Source: Phoronis australis
Lineage: Eukaryota > Animalia > Phoronida
DNA: 64,000 bases
Reading direction: 5' to 3'
Assembly (NCBI GenBank): GCA_002633005.1
Contig: NMRA01000474.1
Location: 186,001-250,000 of the forward strand
In this document: positions 38,900-52,250 of the stretch, piece by piece
Layout: every line of letters starts with the position of its first letter
Position numbering within the stretch: the stretch's first letter is position 1
Program-made: the position numbers and the translations under genes
Notes under the pieces: model-generated
Told to the model about the DNA's origin: nothing
What the model saw: the letters and a program-made list of their open reading frames with translations, nothing else
Databases searched by the model: none

Positions 38900-41800
38900 A
38901 ACCTCTTTTCGCACATCTGCATCACCACTAGGGTCCAGCAACACTCTCTTTACTCCTGTGTTTTCCCGCCTTGCTGCTATGTGTAGTACTGTTTAGCCAT
39001 TATTGGTAAGTTGTCACTGCATTTCACCACCAACGTCCATCAACACTCTCTACCCCTGTGTTGTCCCGCCTTGCTGCCAGGTGTAGTACTGTCTAGCCAT
39101 CATTGGTCAGTTGTCACTGCATTTCACCACCAGCGTCCAGCAACACTCTACCCCTGTGTTGTCCTGCCTTGCTGCCAGGTGTAGTACTGTCTAGCCATTC
39201 TTGGTCAGTTATCACTGCATTTCACCACCAGCGTCCATCAACACTCTCTCTACCCCTGTGTTGTCCTGCCTTGCTGCTATGTGTAGTACTGTCTAGCCAT
39301 TATTGGTAAGTTGTCACTGTATTTCACCACCAGTGTCCATCAACACTCTCTTTACCTCTGTGTTGTCCCGCCTTGCTGCCCGGTACAGCGCTGTCTAGCC
39401 ATTCTTGTTCAGTTGTCGGTTGACATCCCACCCATCGTCTACAAATTTCTGTAGAGTATTGGAATGGCGGTACTCCATGGCTTCTTGAGCCATTCCCTTT
39501 TCTTGCTGCCTGCTCGGTGTAGGGCTGGTCACGAGTCATTCTTGTTCAGTGGTTGGTTGATATCGCACCCACGGTTTATAAATTTTTATGGAGTATACTG
39601 GATGTTGTGTGGCTTCTGGAACAATTTCGTTTTTCTTTACTTAGGAAGTGTATTAATATAATGATCAACTTGCCAATTTCTCAGAAATTTTGGATTGCAT
39701 GACGTGTCTAGCTTTGAAATTTGGAGTTACGAATCCACATTCTCAGAAATAAGACATCTGCTACACTGTAGAACAGTTAGCACCTTGCAGCTTGATTGGC
39801 TACACTGAAGATTATGTTTAAAGAAATATATTTTTGAGTAAGGGATCTCTGAAGTTCGGTCTACGCATTCCTTAAAAACTTGTAAAATTCACGAGACAAT
39901 TATTTTCCAAGAACCTCTCTTTGCTTGTCCACATCACCCCAGCTTGCAGCAACACTCACCACAGGTCTTGTCCAGTCTTCCTGTCCAGTGTAGAAATGGA
40001 CACAAGTCATTCTTTCAGTTGTCGGTTGGCGTTTCACCCATCATCTCCAAATTTCTGTAAACTAGTGGAATTGCCATCTTTCACGGATTCTCGAACCATT
40101 CCATTTCCTTGCCACCAATGTAGAGTTGGTCATCAGTCAGTCTTTTTGAGTGGTTGGTTGATATCCCACCCATGGTTTATAAAACGCTGTGGAGTATTCC
40201 TGTCGCTAAGTTGCACGGCTTCTGGAACCTTTGTTTTTCTTTTACTGAGGAATTAATGAGATCTCCTTAATGTCTGATAGGTTGCCATCTTTTAAGTCAA
40301 AAGCGTCCTTCCATAAAGACTTGAAAAATAACACTAATAAATTCTTGTAAATTTAAGATAGTAGTGATGTAATGTTATTTAAATTTGTAAGTCCCTTTTT
40401 ATTATGAAAAATTCACAATCTATATTAGTCTATTACTGTTATGATGCCAACTTACCAATTTCTCAGAAATTTTACATTCTGACAGAAACTAAGTGCATGT
40501 GATATGCACACCCAGAAATGTTCACAAAACTCACCATGTCAGTATTTCAAGAAATATGACACGAAACCTAAATAAATGACAGATTGTATGACATTTGTAG
40601 ATTTGAACAGTGGAGTTAGGAATCCCTATTCACTGAAATCGAAGACATCTTCTTTACTACAGAACAGTTAGCACCTTAGTGCTTGATTGGCTACTGTGAA
40701 GATCAACAGTATTCAAAAAAATATTTTTGAGTGAGGTGTTTTCGAAATTCGGCCACTGCATTTCTTAAACACTTGTGAACTTCATGAGACAATTCGGTTA
40801 AAGAACCTCTTTTCGCGCATCTGCATCACCACTAGGGTCCAGCAACACTCTCTTTACTCCTGTGTTGTCCCGCCTTGCTGCTATGTGTAGTACTGTGTAG
40901 CCATTGTTGGTCAGTTGTCACTGCATTTCACCTTCAGTGTCCAGCAACACTCTCTCTACCCCTGTGTTGTCCCGCCTTGCTGCCAGGTGTAGTACTGTCT
41001 AGCCATTCTTGGTCAGTTGTCACCGCATTTCACCACCAGTGTCCATCAACACTCCCTACCCCTGTGTTGTCCCGCCTTGCTGCCAGGTGTAGTACTGTCT
41101 AGCCATTCTTGGTCAGTTGTCACCGCATTTCACCACCAGTGTCCATCAACACTCCCTACCCCTGTGTTGTCCCGCCTTGCTGCCAGGTGTAGTACTGTCT
41201 AGCCATTCTTGGTCAGTTGTCACCGCATTTCACCACCAGTGTCCATCAACACTCCCTACCCCTGTGTTGTCCCGCCTTGCTGCCAGGTGTAGTACTGTCT
41301 AGCCATTCTTGGTCAGTTGTCACCGCATTTCACCACCAGTGTCCATCAACACTCCCTACCCCTGTGTTGTCCCGCCTTGCTGCCAGGTGTAGTACTGTCT
41401 AGCCATTCTTGGTCAGTTGTCACCGCATTTCACCACCAGTGTCCATCAACACTCCCTACCCCTGTGTTGTCCCGCCTTGCTGCCAGGTGTAGTACTGTCT
41501 AGCCATTCTTGGTCAGTTGTCACCGCATTTCACCACCAGTGTCCATCAACACTCCCTACCCCTGTGTTGTCCTGCCTTGCTGCCAGGTGTAGTACTGTCT
41601 AACCATTCTTGGTCAGTTGTCACTGTATTTCACCACCAGTGTCCATCAACACTCTCTTTACCTCTGTATTGTCCCGCCTTGCTGCTATGTGTAGTACTGT
41701 GTAGCCATTGTTGGTCAGTTGTCACTGCATTTCACCTTCAGTGTCCAGCAACACTCTACCCCTGTGTTGTCCCGCCTTGCTGCCAGGTGTAGTACTGTCT

Positions 41801-43870
41801 AGCCATTCTTGGTCAGTTGTCACTTTATTTCACCACGAGTGTCCATCAACACTCTTTACGTCTGTATTATCCCGCCTTGCTGCCCGGTACAGCGCTGTCT
41901 AGCCATTCTTGTTCAGTTGTCGGTTGACATCCCACCCATCGTCTACAAATTTCTGTAGAGTATTGGAATGGCGGTACTCCATGGCTTCTTGAGCCATTCC
42001 CTTTTCTTGCTGCCTGCTCGGTGTAGGGCTGGTCACGAGTCATTCTTGTTCAGTGGTTGGTTGATATCCCACCCACGGTTTATAAATTTTTATGGAGTAT
42101 ACTGGATGTTGTATGGCTTCTGGAACAATTTCGTTTTTCTTTACTTAGGAAGTGTATTAATATAATGATGTCAACTTGCCAATTTCTCAGAAATTTTGGA
42201 TTGCATGACGTGTCTAGCTTTGAAATTTGGAGTTACGAATCCACATTCTCAGAAATAAGACATCTGCTACACTGCAGAACAGTTAGCACCTTGCAGCTTG
42301 ATTGGCTACACTGAAGATTAAGTTTAAAGAAAAATATTTTTGAGTAAGGGATCTCTGAAGTTCGGTCTACGCATTCTTTAAAAACTTGTAAAATTCATGA
42401 GACAATTATTTTCCAAGAACCTCTCTTTGCTTGTCCACATCACCCCAGCTTGCAGCAACACTCTCACCACAGGTCTTGTCCAGCCTTCCTGTCCAGTGTA
42501 GAAATGGACACAAGTCATTCTTTCAGTTGTCGGTTGGCGTTTCACCCATCGTCTCCAAATTTCTGTAAACTAGTGGAATTGCCATCTTTCACGGATTCTC
42601 GAACCATTCCATTTCCTTGCCACCAATTTAGAGTTGGTCATCAGTCAGTCTTTTTGAGTGGTTGGTTGATGTCCCACCCATGGTTTATAAAACGCTGTGG
42701 AGTATTCCTGTCGCTAAGTTGCACGGCTTCTGGAACCTTTGTTTTTCTTTTACTGAGGAATTAATGAGATCTCCTTAATGTCTGATAGGCTGCCATCTTT
42801 TAAGTCAAAAGCGTCCTTCCATTAAGACTTGAAAAATAACACTAATAAATTCTTGTAAATTTAAGATAGTAGTGATGTAATGTTATTTAAATTCGTAAGT
42901 TCATTTTTATTATGAAAAATTCACAATCTATATTAGAGTCTATTACTGTTATGATGCCAACTTACCAATTTCTCAGAAATTTTACATTCTGACAGAAACT
43001 AAGTGCATGTGATATGCACACCCAGAAATGTTCACAAAACTCACCATGTCAGTATTTCAAGAAATATGACACGAAACCTAAATAAATGACAGATTGTATG
43101 ACATTTGTAGATTTGAACAGTGGAGTTAGGAATCCATATTCACCGAAATCGAAGACATCTTCTTTACTACAGAACAGTAAGCACCTTAGTGCTTGATTGG
43201 CTACTGTGAAGATCAACAGTTTCAAAAAAATATTTTTGAGTGAGGTGTTTTCGAAATTCGGCCACTGCATTTCTTAAACACTTGTGAACTTCATGAGACA
43301 ATTCGGTTAAAGAACCTCTTTTCGCGCATCTGCATCACCACTAGGGTCCAGCAACACTCTCTTTACTCCTGTGTTGTCCCGCCTTGCTGCTATGTGTAGT
43401 ACTGTGTAGCCATTGTTGGTCAGTTGTCACTGCATTTCACCTTCAGTGTCCAGCAACACTCTACCCTTGTGTTGTCCCGCCTTGCTGCCAGGTGTAGTAC
43501 TGTCTAGCCATTCTTGGTCAGTTGTCACTTTATTTCACCACGAGTGTCCATCAACACTCTTTACGTCTGTATTATCCCGCCTTGCTGCCCGGTACAGCGC
43601 TGTCTAGCCATTCTTGTTCAGTTGTCGGTTGACATCCCACCCATCGTCTACAAATTTCTGTAGAGTAGAGGAATGGCGGTACTCCACGGCTTCTTGAGCC
43701 ATTCCCTGTTCTTGCTGCCTGCTCGGTGTAGGGCTGGTCACGAGTCATTCTTGATCAGTGGTTGGTTGATATCCCACCCACGGTTTATAAATTGTTATGG
43801 AGTATACTGGATGTTGTATGGCTTCTGGAAGCTTTTCGATGTATTTATATAATGACGTCAACTTGCCAAT
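38900..43870. repeat. Higher-order tandem repeat (~38900-40800, ~40800-43310, partial 43310-43870), each unit containing a ~100-bp minisatellite (5, 11 and 3 units)
   Basis: Each unit starts AACCTCTTTTCGC.CATCTGCATCACC. Identical 100-bp units lie at ~40980-41570. ORF pairs 39464/41968, 39921/42450 and 41708/43413 are duplicated. Confidence 0.95.
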
Positions 43871-46800
43871 TTCACAGGGATCGATGAAAACTGGACAATG
43901 TGTTGAAACACATGTGAATTGCACGAGGCTATTAATGTTTAAGTCAGAATGCGAGAACTTTAGTACTCGGATTTCCAGACTCACCCACCCTTTGTGTTGA
44001 ATGCATGCTGGTTTATAATACTGTAAGTGTTAGGGTTTACCAAAAAATTTCCAAAAGTACAATAATGGGCGTATTTTCGGTAATTGTTTGCATGTTTTAA
44101 TATCTGATGGATTGGTTTAATGTTTGTGTGTAATATATATTTTGGTGCAAAGTTTTGTTTAATTTGGCATTTCACTCAGGTGACTGAGGATTCATGAGTC
44201 ACCAAATTTGGAAAGTATGAAGTATAAACGTACCCATCAGAACTGTATTTGCTGAATGCAAAGTAAGTATGGATAAGTAAAATTTTTACTTGTGAGACAC
44301 AATTACATTCAAAATGATGTGTTTGTTTCAAAAGACTTCATAACTAATGTTTTTTTTTGTTTGACAACAATGCACCATAAAGCGTGTTGCAGTTTCCAAA
44401 AATATGCTTGGGCATTTATTTTGTTTCATTTGACGTTTTTGAGTAGTCATCCAAATATCTGCCCATGGGCCTATTTAGGGAAATATCCGGTAGCTTTCTA
44501 AGAGTTGTGAGTCAGTGCTGTAGAGTGTTTTTACATTATATCCTATTATGTGCAATTAGTGAGCTGCGTGCGAAGTCACGAATGAATGCAGCCCAATTCT
44601 GACACTGGAAAAGTTCTAGATCACAAACCTAACTATTCTCTGCGTCACAGTGAGGAGTAAATTAGCTGTATTAAAATCATAGGTACTCTATAGTCTGTGG
44701 TACTGTGTTTGAGTTTAGCCATGGTTGTGTATGCTTAGCTGTTGTACGTCACAGTTAGCTTCAGACCACGCGTGATTATCTGGTACTTTTCGAGGCAAAT
44801 TACAGTACCGTGTACTTTGGTATGTTCCCACTTTGCCATAAAGTATTGTTAAGCTGTACTCAGCCTTTGTGGACAGAGTACGAGATGAGCATGTTGAAGG
44901 CACTATGAGCTCCCATACAACTTTTTCGTACATATGTGAGTGGGAGGTGTAGTCTTGCATGATTTTTTCCGCTTATTCAAAATACGTGTTGGAAATGTCG
45001 CTTGATTGGCTCTCCAACAGAATACGAAATCATGCAATTACGGAGTGAGTTGAGTACGTGCATATTGTGTGTGTGCGTGCGTGTGTGTCGCGTTTTCTCT
45101 TTGTGAAGTGTATCGCTTTAGAGTTTTCCTCTACAAGCACTGGTGGGGGATTTTTTTAATAATACTGCAATGTGAAATTACATTGTTGTCATAGTCAATC
45201 TTTATCAAATTGGATTGGAGGTCTTCGGAGTTATGACAAATGGAAATGTGACAGTCCTGTTAGTGTATTTGTCAGACAGCTTAATGCCCAAGTCCCTAAG
45301 TCCGGTGAAGGATTTACTCCCCAGTTGTTCAAATTTTCTCATAAAGTATCCATGTTCAGTTATACACTCGCACCAGACATACTTCTGTAGATGCAAGAAC
45401 CTCGTGAAAATGTAAGATTTCACACAATATATCACTACATATTACAAGCTTTCGAGTTTCTTGCATCTACGGAACGTTGGTCAAGCTTATATAGGTGAAC
45501 TTCTGGTTTCTATTATGAATTATGATTTGTTGTTCGCTGGCTGGTGCTGATGGAGAACTGTGGATAATTGTAATCACTTGTAAGACTGAGAGTGTGGTAT
45601 GGATGCCACGCGGTAACGCAGATGTAAACATTTCAACAGGGTTGTCTTTCTATTCATAAGGGCCACTTGGTGAATTTTTAGTTTCCTATTAGAGCATGCA
45701 ATTAAAATGTATTTTTAATTTTTGGAGGGACAGCTTGTTTTCTTTAAAAGAGAAAACTTTTCCTTACTCGATTCATTTGTGTCAGGTTTGTTATGTATGA
45801 CATCAATACTGATTTAATGGTAATAAAGCAAATGTTGAAAATAGTCTGGTGTCGTCACTCACATCTGTCATTTAGTAAAATTGTTTGGCGATTTTTAGTC
45901 ACCAGAGGAAAAGGAGGCAGTCCGATGGACTACCAGAAGGTTTGGGTGTCGCACACTCAACCACATACTTAATTGGGAAGTGCATTACCATACAAGTTTC
46001 ATGTGACCGTTCATTAGGCACATATGGTGAACAAGTGAAATTCTATTTTGTTAAATTTTTCCACAAAAGTAAAGATTTAAGAACAGAGGTTGTATAAGGC
46101 GTAGCTGTCATAAAACATTTGCTGAAGCTCAGATTATTAACAAAAAGAAAACCAGCCTTTGAAAAATGATAAATGACCATTTAAGCAATTTGTGTAAAAT
46201 AAGAGGTGTGTTAATCATACTTCATAGATAAAAAAAATCATATTTCGGGTATTTTAAATCGCTAGTCCACACAGTCACTATATGAAGTGTATCTTGATCA
46301 ACGTGGTCGAATATTTTCCTTTACAATAGTGAATTGATTTTCATCAAAACATTGGAAATGTATTCACAATGCTGACAACAATAGAGTTGAGTTTTCTATT
46401 TACTTATTTGGCTGAAAACCAACGCCATTAACAAACCATGGTTGTCAAAAGACTATACATATTCAATGGATTTATTTCAATAAAAATGGCCAGTACATTC
46501 TCACAACAAAAGACTGCACATCAGTTTTGGTACCACAAAATATTTACAGTTGACAGCATCTTATCGACACCACACCAGTCCCTGGTGCATCTTGAAACAC
46601 AGAAGAACTTCTTAGAGGGGTTTCTTGCATTCTGGAGTTTCGTCATTTTACTCAGAACACTTCACTAAATTCATTGGAGCAAGTCAACGTTCGAATTTTC
46701 ATCAACCTTCAAAAGTTTGAAACAAGTTTGGAAACATTGCACCAAGTCGACTAAATCAGTAAACATCGCAAACAGCCGTTTTCAGTTCACAAACTATCAT

Positions 46801-47374
46801 TGACAAAAGTCGATGTGGATCTTAAGTGAACAGCCATAGTCAGCTACTGTAGTTACTGAACAATGGTTCCAGCAAACTGTGAATTTGATGTTGGTGTAGC
46901 CTCACGATGGCATCCCTTGAGTAGTTTCAAGTGAAGTGAATGATTTTATTAATAAGTGACTTCCCAAAATAATCAATTGTACCAATAATAGATCTTTCCA
47001 CTGTATATTAAAAAATGTATATTGCTTCACTATGCAGACATGTTATTTTATAGTTAATTTATATGCACTCTGTAGCGTTATCGAGCAGACGGTGTTCATC
47101 TACTTCAGTATACGGCTCAGTACACACAATTTTCCCATTCTAGTTGACTATACTCAGGTATAGTTCGTGAACTGAAAAACGGGCATTTTGCATGACGAAA
47201 AACTTCCTGCATCAAACGCCAGGATCCACTTTGAGACACAACACGGCAGCCGTGCAACAGTTTTATCTCTGCCAGTAGGTATTCATGATGCAATACAGGG
47301 TGAGTGAAACATTTTGAGAGATCACCAAAACTGGGTAGAGTGTCCATGCAAAGGAATTCCACAAATACAGTGCC

Positions 47375-50300
47375 CTAGTCCCTCCTCAAGGGGAATGTCT
47401 CCGTGGTGACTCCGTCCTTGGTGATCACTTGTATACAGATGCCATCCCCTGTGTAGATGTCACGCTCGGCTGCGGAAATGAACACGTCTTTGCACAAGAA
47501 GATGGCCTTCTCCTTTGTCAGGGGTACAATAGGCACACCTTCCTGATTCTTGAACCCGATCTGCAAAACGCATCACATCAATGTACACAACAGTGATAAC
47601 AATTTTCAAATTGGCATTTCGTGCAGTATAATAATTCGTCACTTATTTGGCGCAAAAATAAATGCTACGATGGTTGTCTTAAGTTTTCAAAGACAATGTT
47701 TTGTGCGACACATAACCAAAATGTCACCAAATTATTTTTCCTGACAGCTGGGCAGGGCAAACTAGGTTAGCAATGACACATGTTTGCCTAAAAGCTGAAT
47801 TGTGTGGCTTGATGACAAAATCAGTGTCCTCACTACAGAGATCATTTTAGAAAAGCACGAGTGTGGCTGAAATGACCTACTCATACTCAAGACTAAAGTC
47901 AGTCAGGTTATCTTACGCTCCACACACCTACCTCAGAAAAATATTAAACCTTACTGATTGTCATGCACTCATGACTACTCAGCTCAAACATTATTTAGGA
48001 ATAATCACGAAGTGCCAAGGTAGCATGAAATTTGTGTCTTGAGCCACTTTCACCAATCAGACCCCGGGTCACAGTGTCTGCACAGTGAAGAAAAGTAAAA
48101 AAAGTTAATAAACTTTGGCCATTGCTACCTACAACAGACTATTATCACGGATGGACCGCAGACACTGACCTGACTGTCCAAGAGGGGCTGTAACATGGAG
48201 CTGGCGGAGCCGCCCGCTCTAAACGTCTCCCGCTCGTACGAGCCGATTGGGTCGAAGCTAAAGACGCACCCGCGACCTGCAATAACGCAGAATGGATGGA
48301 AACGTTACCAACTCACTCATCATACAAGAAGCATGAAGAAGACAGATTAATTCAAAATACATAAAGATAAAATTTGTGTACTGCATTACGTGCCAAAAGT
48401 GTTCTGACAGACAAAATGACCCGGATTTCCCCAATCACAGTGGCTGGGCAGTATCTGAGCTCACTGTCAGAGTGGCCTTTTCTCGTGACCAGTGCTGAAG
48501 GGGATTTATCTAGAAAATTAATGAGGTGGTTAAGCCATTCCATAATAAGAATCTCGCCAATAGTACAGCTTTTACGAGCCATTTCTGCAGTAAACAGAGT
48601 TAGCCCTCATGACAGGAGAACAGTAATTTGTACGATTACTTAATCATGCGCTGTATATTCACGACGGAGAATCAGCAAAAAACTTTTCTGCTCCATTTAA
48701 AAATCACGAGACATTTGCACGTGAAGCACCACGACAGCATCAAGACATGAGGCCCAAGAACAATGGCAGCATCACGACATGCAGCCCAAGAACAATCTTG
48801 AATGTTCGATTAGCTTCAATTCAATATTATTGGAATCATAAGGAAGAAAGCATGAATGTGTTGACCAACAGATGTCATGGTAGCAGGCAGAGGAGATTTT
48901 TTCTGATTGGATCCGCCGGGGTGCTTTGATCCTATTGCCTTAAATCAGCCTATGGGGGTCCTAGACAATATGTTAAGCAAGCTTGTGAGATGTACTGAAC
49001 AAGTCCCTCTAAACGGGAGTTTTCATGCACAATATGCTTATATTACCATCGTAAACGCGTTTAAACAAACATTTCAGACAATGAACGCTATGGGGCGCAA
49101 AATTTTGCAGACCCTCCGGAAATCAAAAATTATATCAACAACAACTGAGCCAGCGCTCATCCAAATTAACACCTACCTTGGTCATCAAGTCCTGCAATGA
49201 TATTGTACACGTAATAGGGGAAAAAACGCTTATAGTACAAGACGGTGGACAACATGGCCGCCACAGCAGGGGTGCTCATATCCTTGTTGTGTTCGTGCTT
49301 GTACATCTGCAAAACAAACAGTGCATAGGTTCATCAAGACTCATACTGCAAACTTCTGGTTGTATGCCCCATGGCACATATTCCAAAATCAACATTTGAT
49401 TATTTCCATCCTTTCAAGAATCCAAAATACAAGCATGGGCATACCTTCAGAAACAATGAGCCTAAGAAAAGGAAAGCATGCGAGCGACAACGGCATGGGA
49501 GCGTATATGGGTAGTTAAACTACGAGAGTTTATAAAACCAATTCTGTGACTAGTTGAGTTTACTTCAGTGATAAGCCTAAGATATGCAGATATAAAACCA
49601 ATTCTGTGACGAGTTGAGTTTACTTCATTGATAAGCCTAAGATGTGCAGATATAAAACCAATTCTGTGACTAGTTGAGTTTACTTCATTGATAAGCCTAA
49701 GATGTGCAGATATAAAACCAATTCTGTGACTACTTGAGTTTACTTCATTGATAAGCCTAAGATATGCAGACATAAAACCATGTTTTTGTTTCCTACAGTT
49801 AGTTAAACTTTAGTGATGGCTGCACAGATTAGCATATACCAAACGTAATTGGACAAAGAGACCTTCAAATCCTGTCGCGACGGATGATCACAAGTAAGCA
49901 TTCCACATCACGTGACTTGTCAATGCAATATCCGAGATATTAAATTAAAACCGACTACATTAGCATGACCAAGACGAATTAGTATATAGAAAACACTAGT
50001 GGATTGCCAAGATTTTACTGAGCTCCAATTCTGAAATAGCACAAAATTCATGCCACTCTTGAACTCACAAACTTGTTGACATTTCTCCAAACCCCCTCAT
50101 TTATTGTTGCCAGCAAAAACAAGCTTTTATCTCTAGCTTCAGACAGCATTTACTCATCATGCTAACGGCAATCTCCACCACTTTCTCGACCAAAATTATA
50201 ACTGCGAATCATCTATGAAGAAGGCAACATCACAGAAAACAGGTGATTCGTAAACAACATGTAAACATTTCTCTTAACAATGCCTGAAAATACTTACTTT

Positions 50301-51334
50301 TAATCTGGCCTCTACTAGTTTTGTAAGCGCGAGTATATCCCCGTGGAAACCGGCACACCCCAGCACTGTGCTGCTTGTGCTGCAAAATATGTCAGAAAGT
50401 TAGAGGTCTGTGAACACACTAGTATTTACAACAATCCCACAACAGCTTTAAACAAAAAGCACTTATAGTACCCTCTTCCATCACAAAACCAACTTTTGGC
50501 AAAAGTCACTTGCAAGGGTCCTCAATTTTGAGAACCAGTTTGACGCCAGTTAGTTAGTGGAGAAAACCCATTCACTAACCGCGAGGCACCTGAAAGTGAC
50601 TTATCAAGCAACTTTGCATTTAGAACACCTACCGTTATGGGGATGGTCTGAGATTGTTCTTCAGTCAAATTGGAGATATTCAGGGCTTCGAAAGAGTCAA
50701 ACAAGCTGTTTATATAGCTCTAGACCAGGCACCACAAGTTAGCTTGTCATGACGTGTCATTTTACAGTCTGAGCAGGGTCACAGGGAATAATGAACTCTC
50801 GGTTTTTTGCAGACATAGAAATCACTTCTCATCCTAGTAAGGAAGGAGGTGAGAATAACTTTATACCATAAGTGGTCTAAATCTAAAGTTTCCTTCTTGA
50901 ATGGAAATTGGGTTTATAGGCACTTCAACCAATCATGTCACAGGATTCAAGTACAAATTTGTAAGTTTACTTACCTTGGTCAATTTTCGAAGTGAGTTCA
51001 GAGTATGAAGATTAGACCGCTCTATTACAAATTTTTACATATTTCCTGAGAGTACTCTATGAGTTCCTACCCTTTGGATTTCCCATGAATGAAAAGCATT
51101 CAGTCAATTTTCGGAATTTGCATGATGTCAGCTACTCGCGATTAGTGATAATTTATGTAACATCCCAAAAACTATCGAATCTGTCACCCACAGCTGGCAT
51201 AAATGCAAACAAAATTTGACACTTACAGTTTATAGGTCTTTGGTGAATCCCTCGAGTGAATAGAGAAGCCCTCACTCAGACGGGTATCAGATGCAATCAA
51301 GGCGAAATCTTCGCCAGCCATAGCCAAGACAGTG
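47375..51334 (-). CDS. PSMB1: Proteasome subunit beta type-1, exons 2-6 (exon 1 not found)
   Basis: Exons 51334-51227 ([32 protein letters not shown]), 50379-50298 (LGCAGFHGD), 49306-49177 ([19 protein letters not shown]), 48276-48170 ([10 protein letters not shown]...[14 protein letters not shown]) and 47560-47375 ([16 protein letters not shown]...PLRRD*). All GT-AG with consistent phases. Confidence 0.97.
49531..49780 (+). repeat. 60-bp minisatellite, 4+ copies, in a PSMB1 intron
   Basis: Unit TATAAAACCAATTCTGTGACTAGTTGAGTTTACTTCATTGATAAGCCTAAGATGTGCAGA seen directly. Confidence 0.95.
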
Positions 51335-52250
51335 CTGAAACATAAGAATGAACTAACAACTTGTATAGATGCCTCACACCAAGGAAAAGCAGCGACACTT
51401 TTTACCAGGGGCAAGAAATTTGCGCTCTCTCTGAAAATTATTTAACCCTTCACGTACATAAAACCGGCCTCTTTAAAAAAAGGACTTCAAGACCAAGTCC
51501 ATTAAATTGCTGGTCAGAATGGGTTAGTTTAAATCGTCAAGACTGTACCGATGTCGGTGGAATTCCGTTTCCATGTGATGACACTGCTTCAGAACAAGCC
51601 TGCGAAGAAACATGAAAATTTTGATGGCTTATTTTGGCTTCTAAGCTGCACTTTCTAGTCACTTACTGTTTCAACATTAAATCCAGAATAGGACAATACC
51701 TTACCTACATTGTGCAAACAATATGGGAGATTAGTGAAACTTTATTTTGTCATATTTCTGAACAAAAAAACAATCTTGAGAAAATTCTAGTCTGATATAA
51801 GCTTAGCTTACTTTGTAGAGTGCAGATATCATATAAAACATTTAGTATATATCTAATTCATAATATCTACATGAAAGTAATCAGCCTTCGTTCAGTTGCC
51901 CAATTCAGCAATTCGCCATTTTTACACTGAGTACTCCCATTTTTACTTTGCATGCGCCAGGAGCACCAGGAGTACTTGTTCGAGCTGAAAAGAAGTAAAG
52001 ACATCGATGACCTCCTAAGGTGTCCCTCTTTGCCCGGGTACTTATAGCAACATGGCTTTTTAGTTTTAATCAATGTGAGGTGTAATATACCCAAGCACCT
52101 GAGTGTAGGAGCATCACCATCTCTACTAGGGACAGTTGAGATGATGGCACTTTCTAGGGGTAACCCTGCTCTTCGGGGCGAGTGAAAGTACGACGGTAAC
52201 TGCCTTTTGAGCTTGCCCCTGCAGCTTGTGCTAGTCGGGGGTTGCATCGG

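Larger units (their letters stand above)
34950..43870 (-). pseudogene. Array of duplicated, mostly disrupted ankyrin-repeat exons
   Basis: Minus-strand translations such as MLREAVQDGNCTTLQNFVDNGWDINQPLNKNGSWPALHWTA and WDINQQLNKN*S*PALHLAARKG match the ankyrin consensus (G-x-T/P-x-L-H-x-A-A...GxDxN) with many stops and frameshifts. Modules at about 34950-35206, 35400-35725, 38740-38895, 38903-39640, 39918-40245, 40807-42144, 42421-42753 and 43316-43830. Confidence 0.75.

Noticed and set aside
40830-41920. CRISPR-like array or repeat protein (identical 61-aa ORFs at 41017-41602)
   Set aside because: There are no unique spacers and the context is eukaryotic. The 100-bp unit is not a multiple of 3, and the + strand ORFs are by-products of the repeat.
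38925-43620. Stop-codon readthrough or selenocysteine recoding of the shared TAG/TGA in the ankyrin units
   Set aside because: The units also carry frameshifts (98/100/102 bp), which pseudogenisation explains more simply.
51975-52045. RAD18-like RING start (KDIDDLLRCP) on +
   Set aside because: Only about 7 residues match, the following Cys/His ligands are absent, and a stop follows in both repeat variants.
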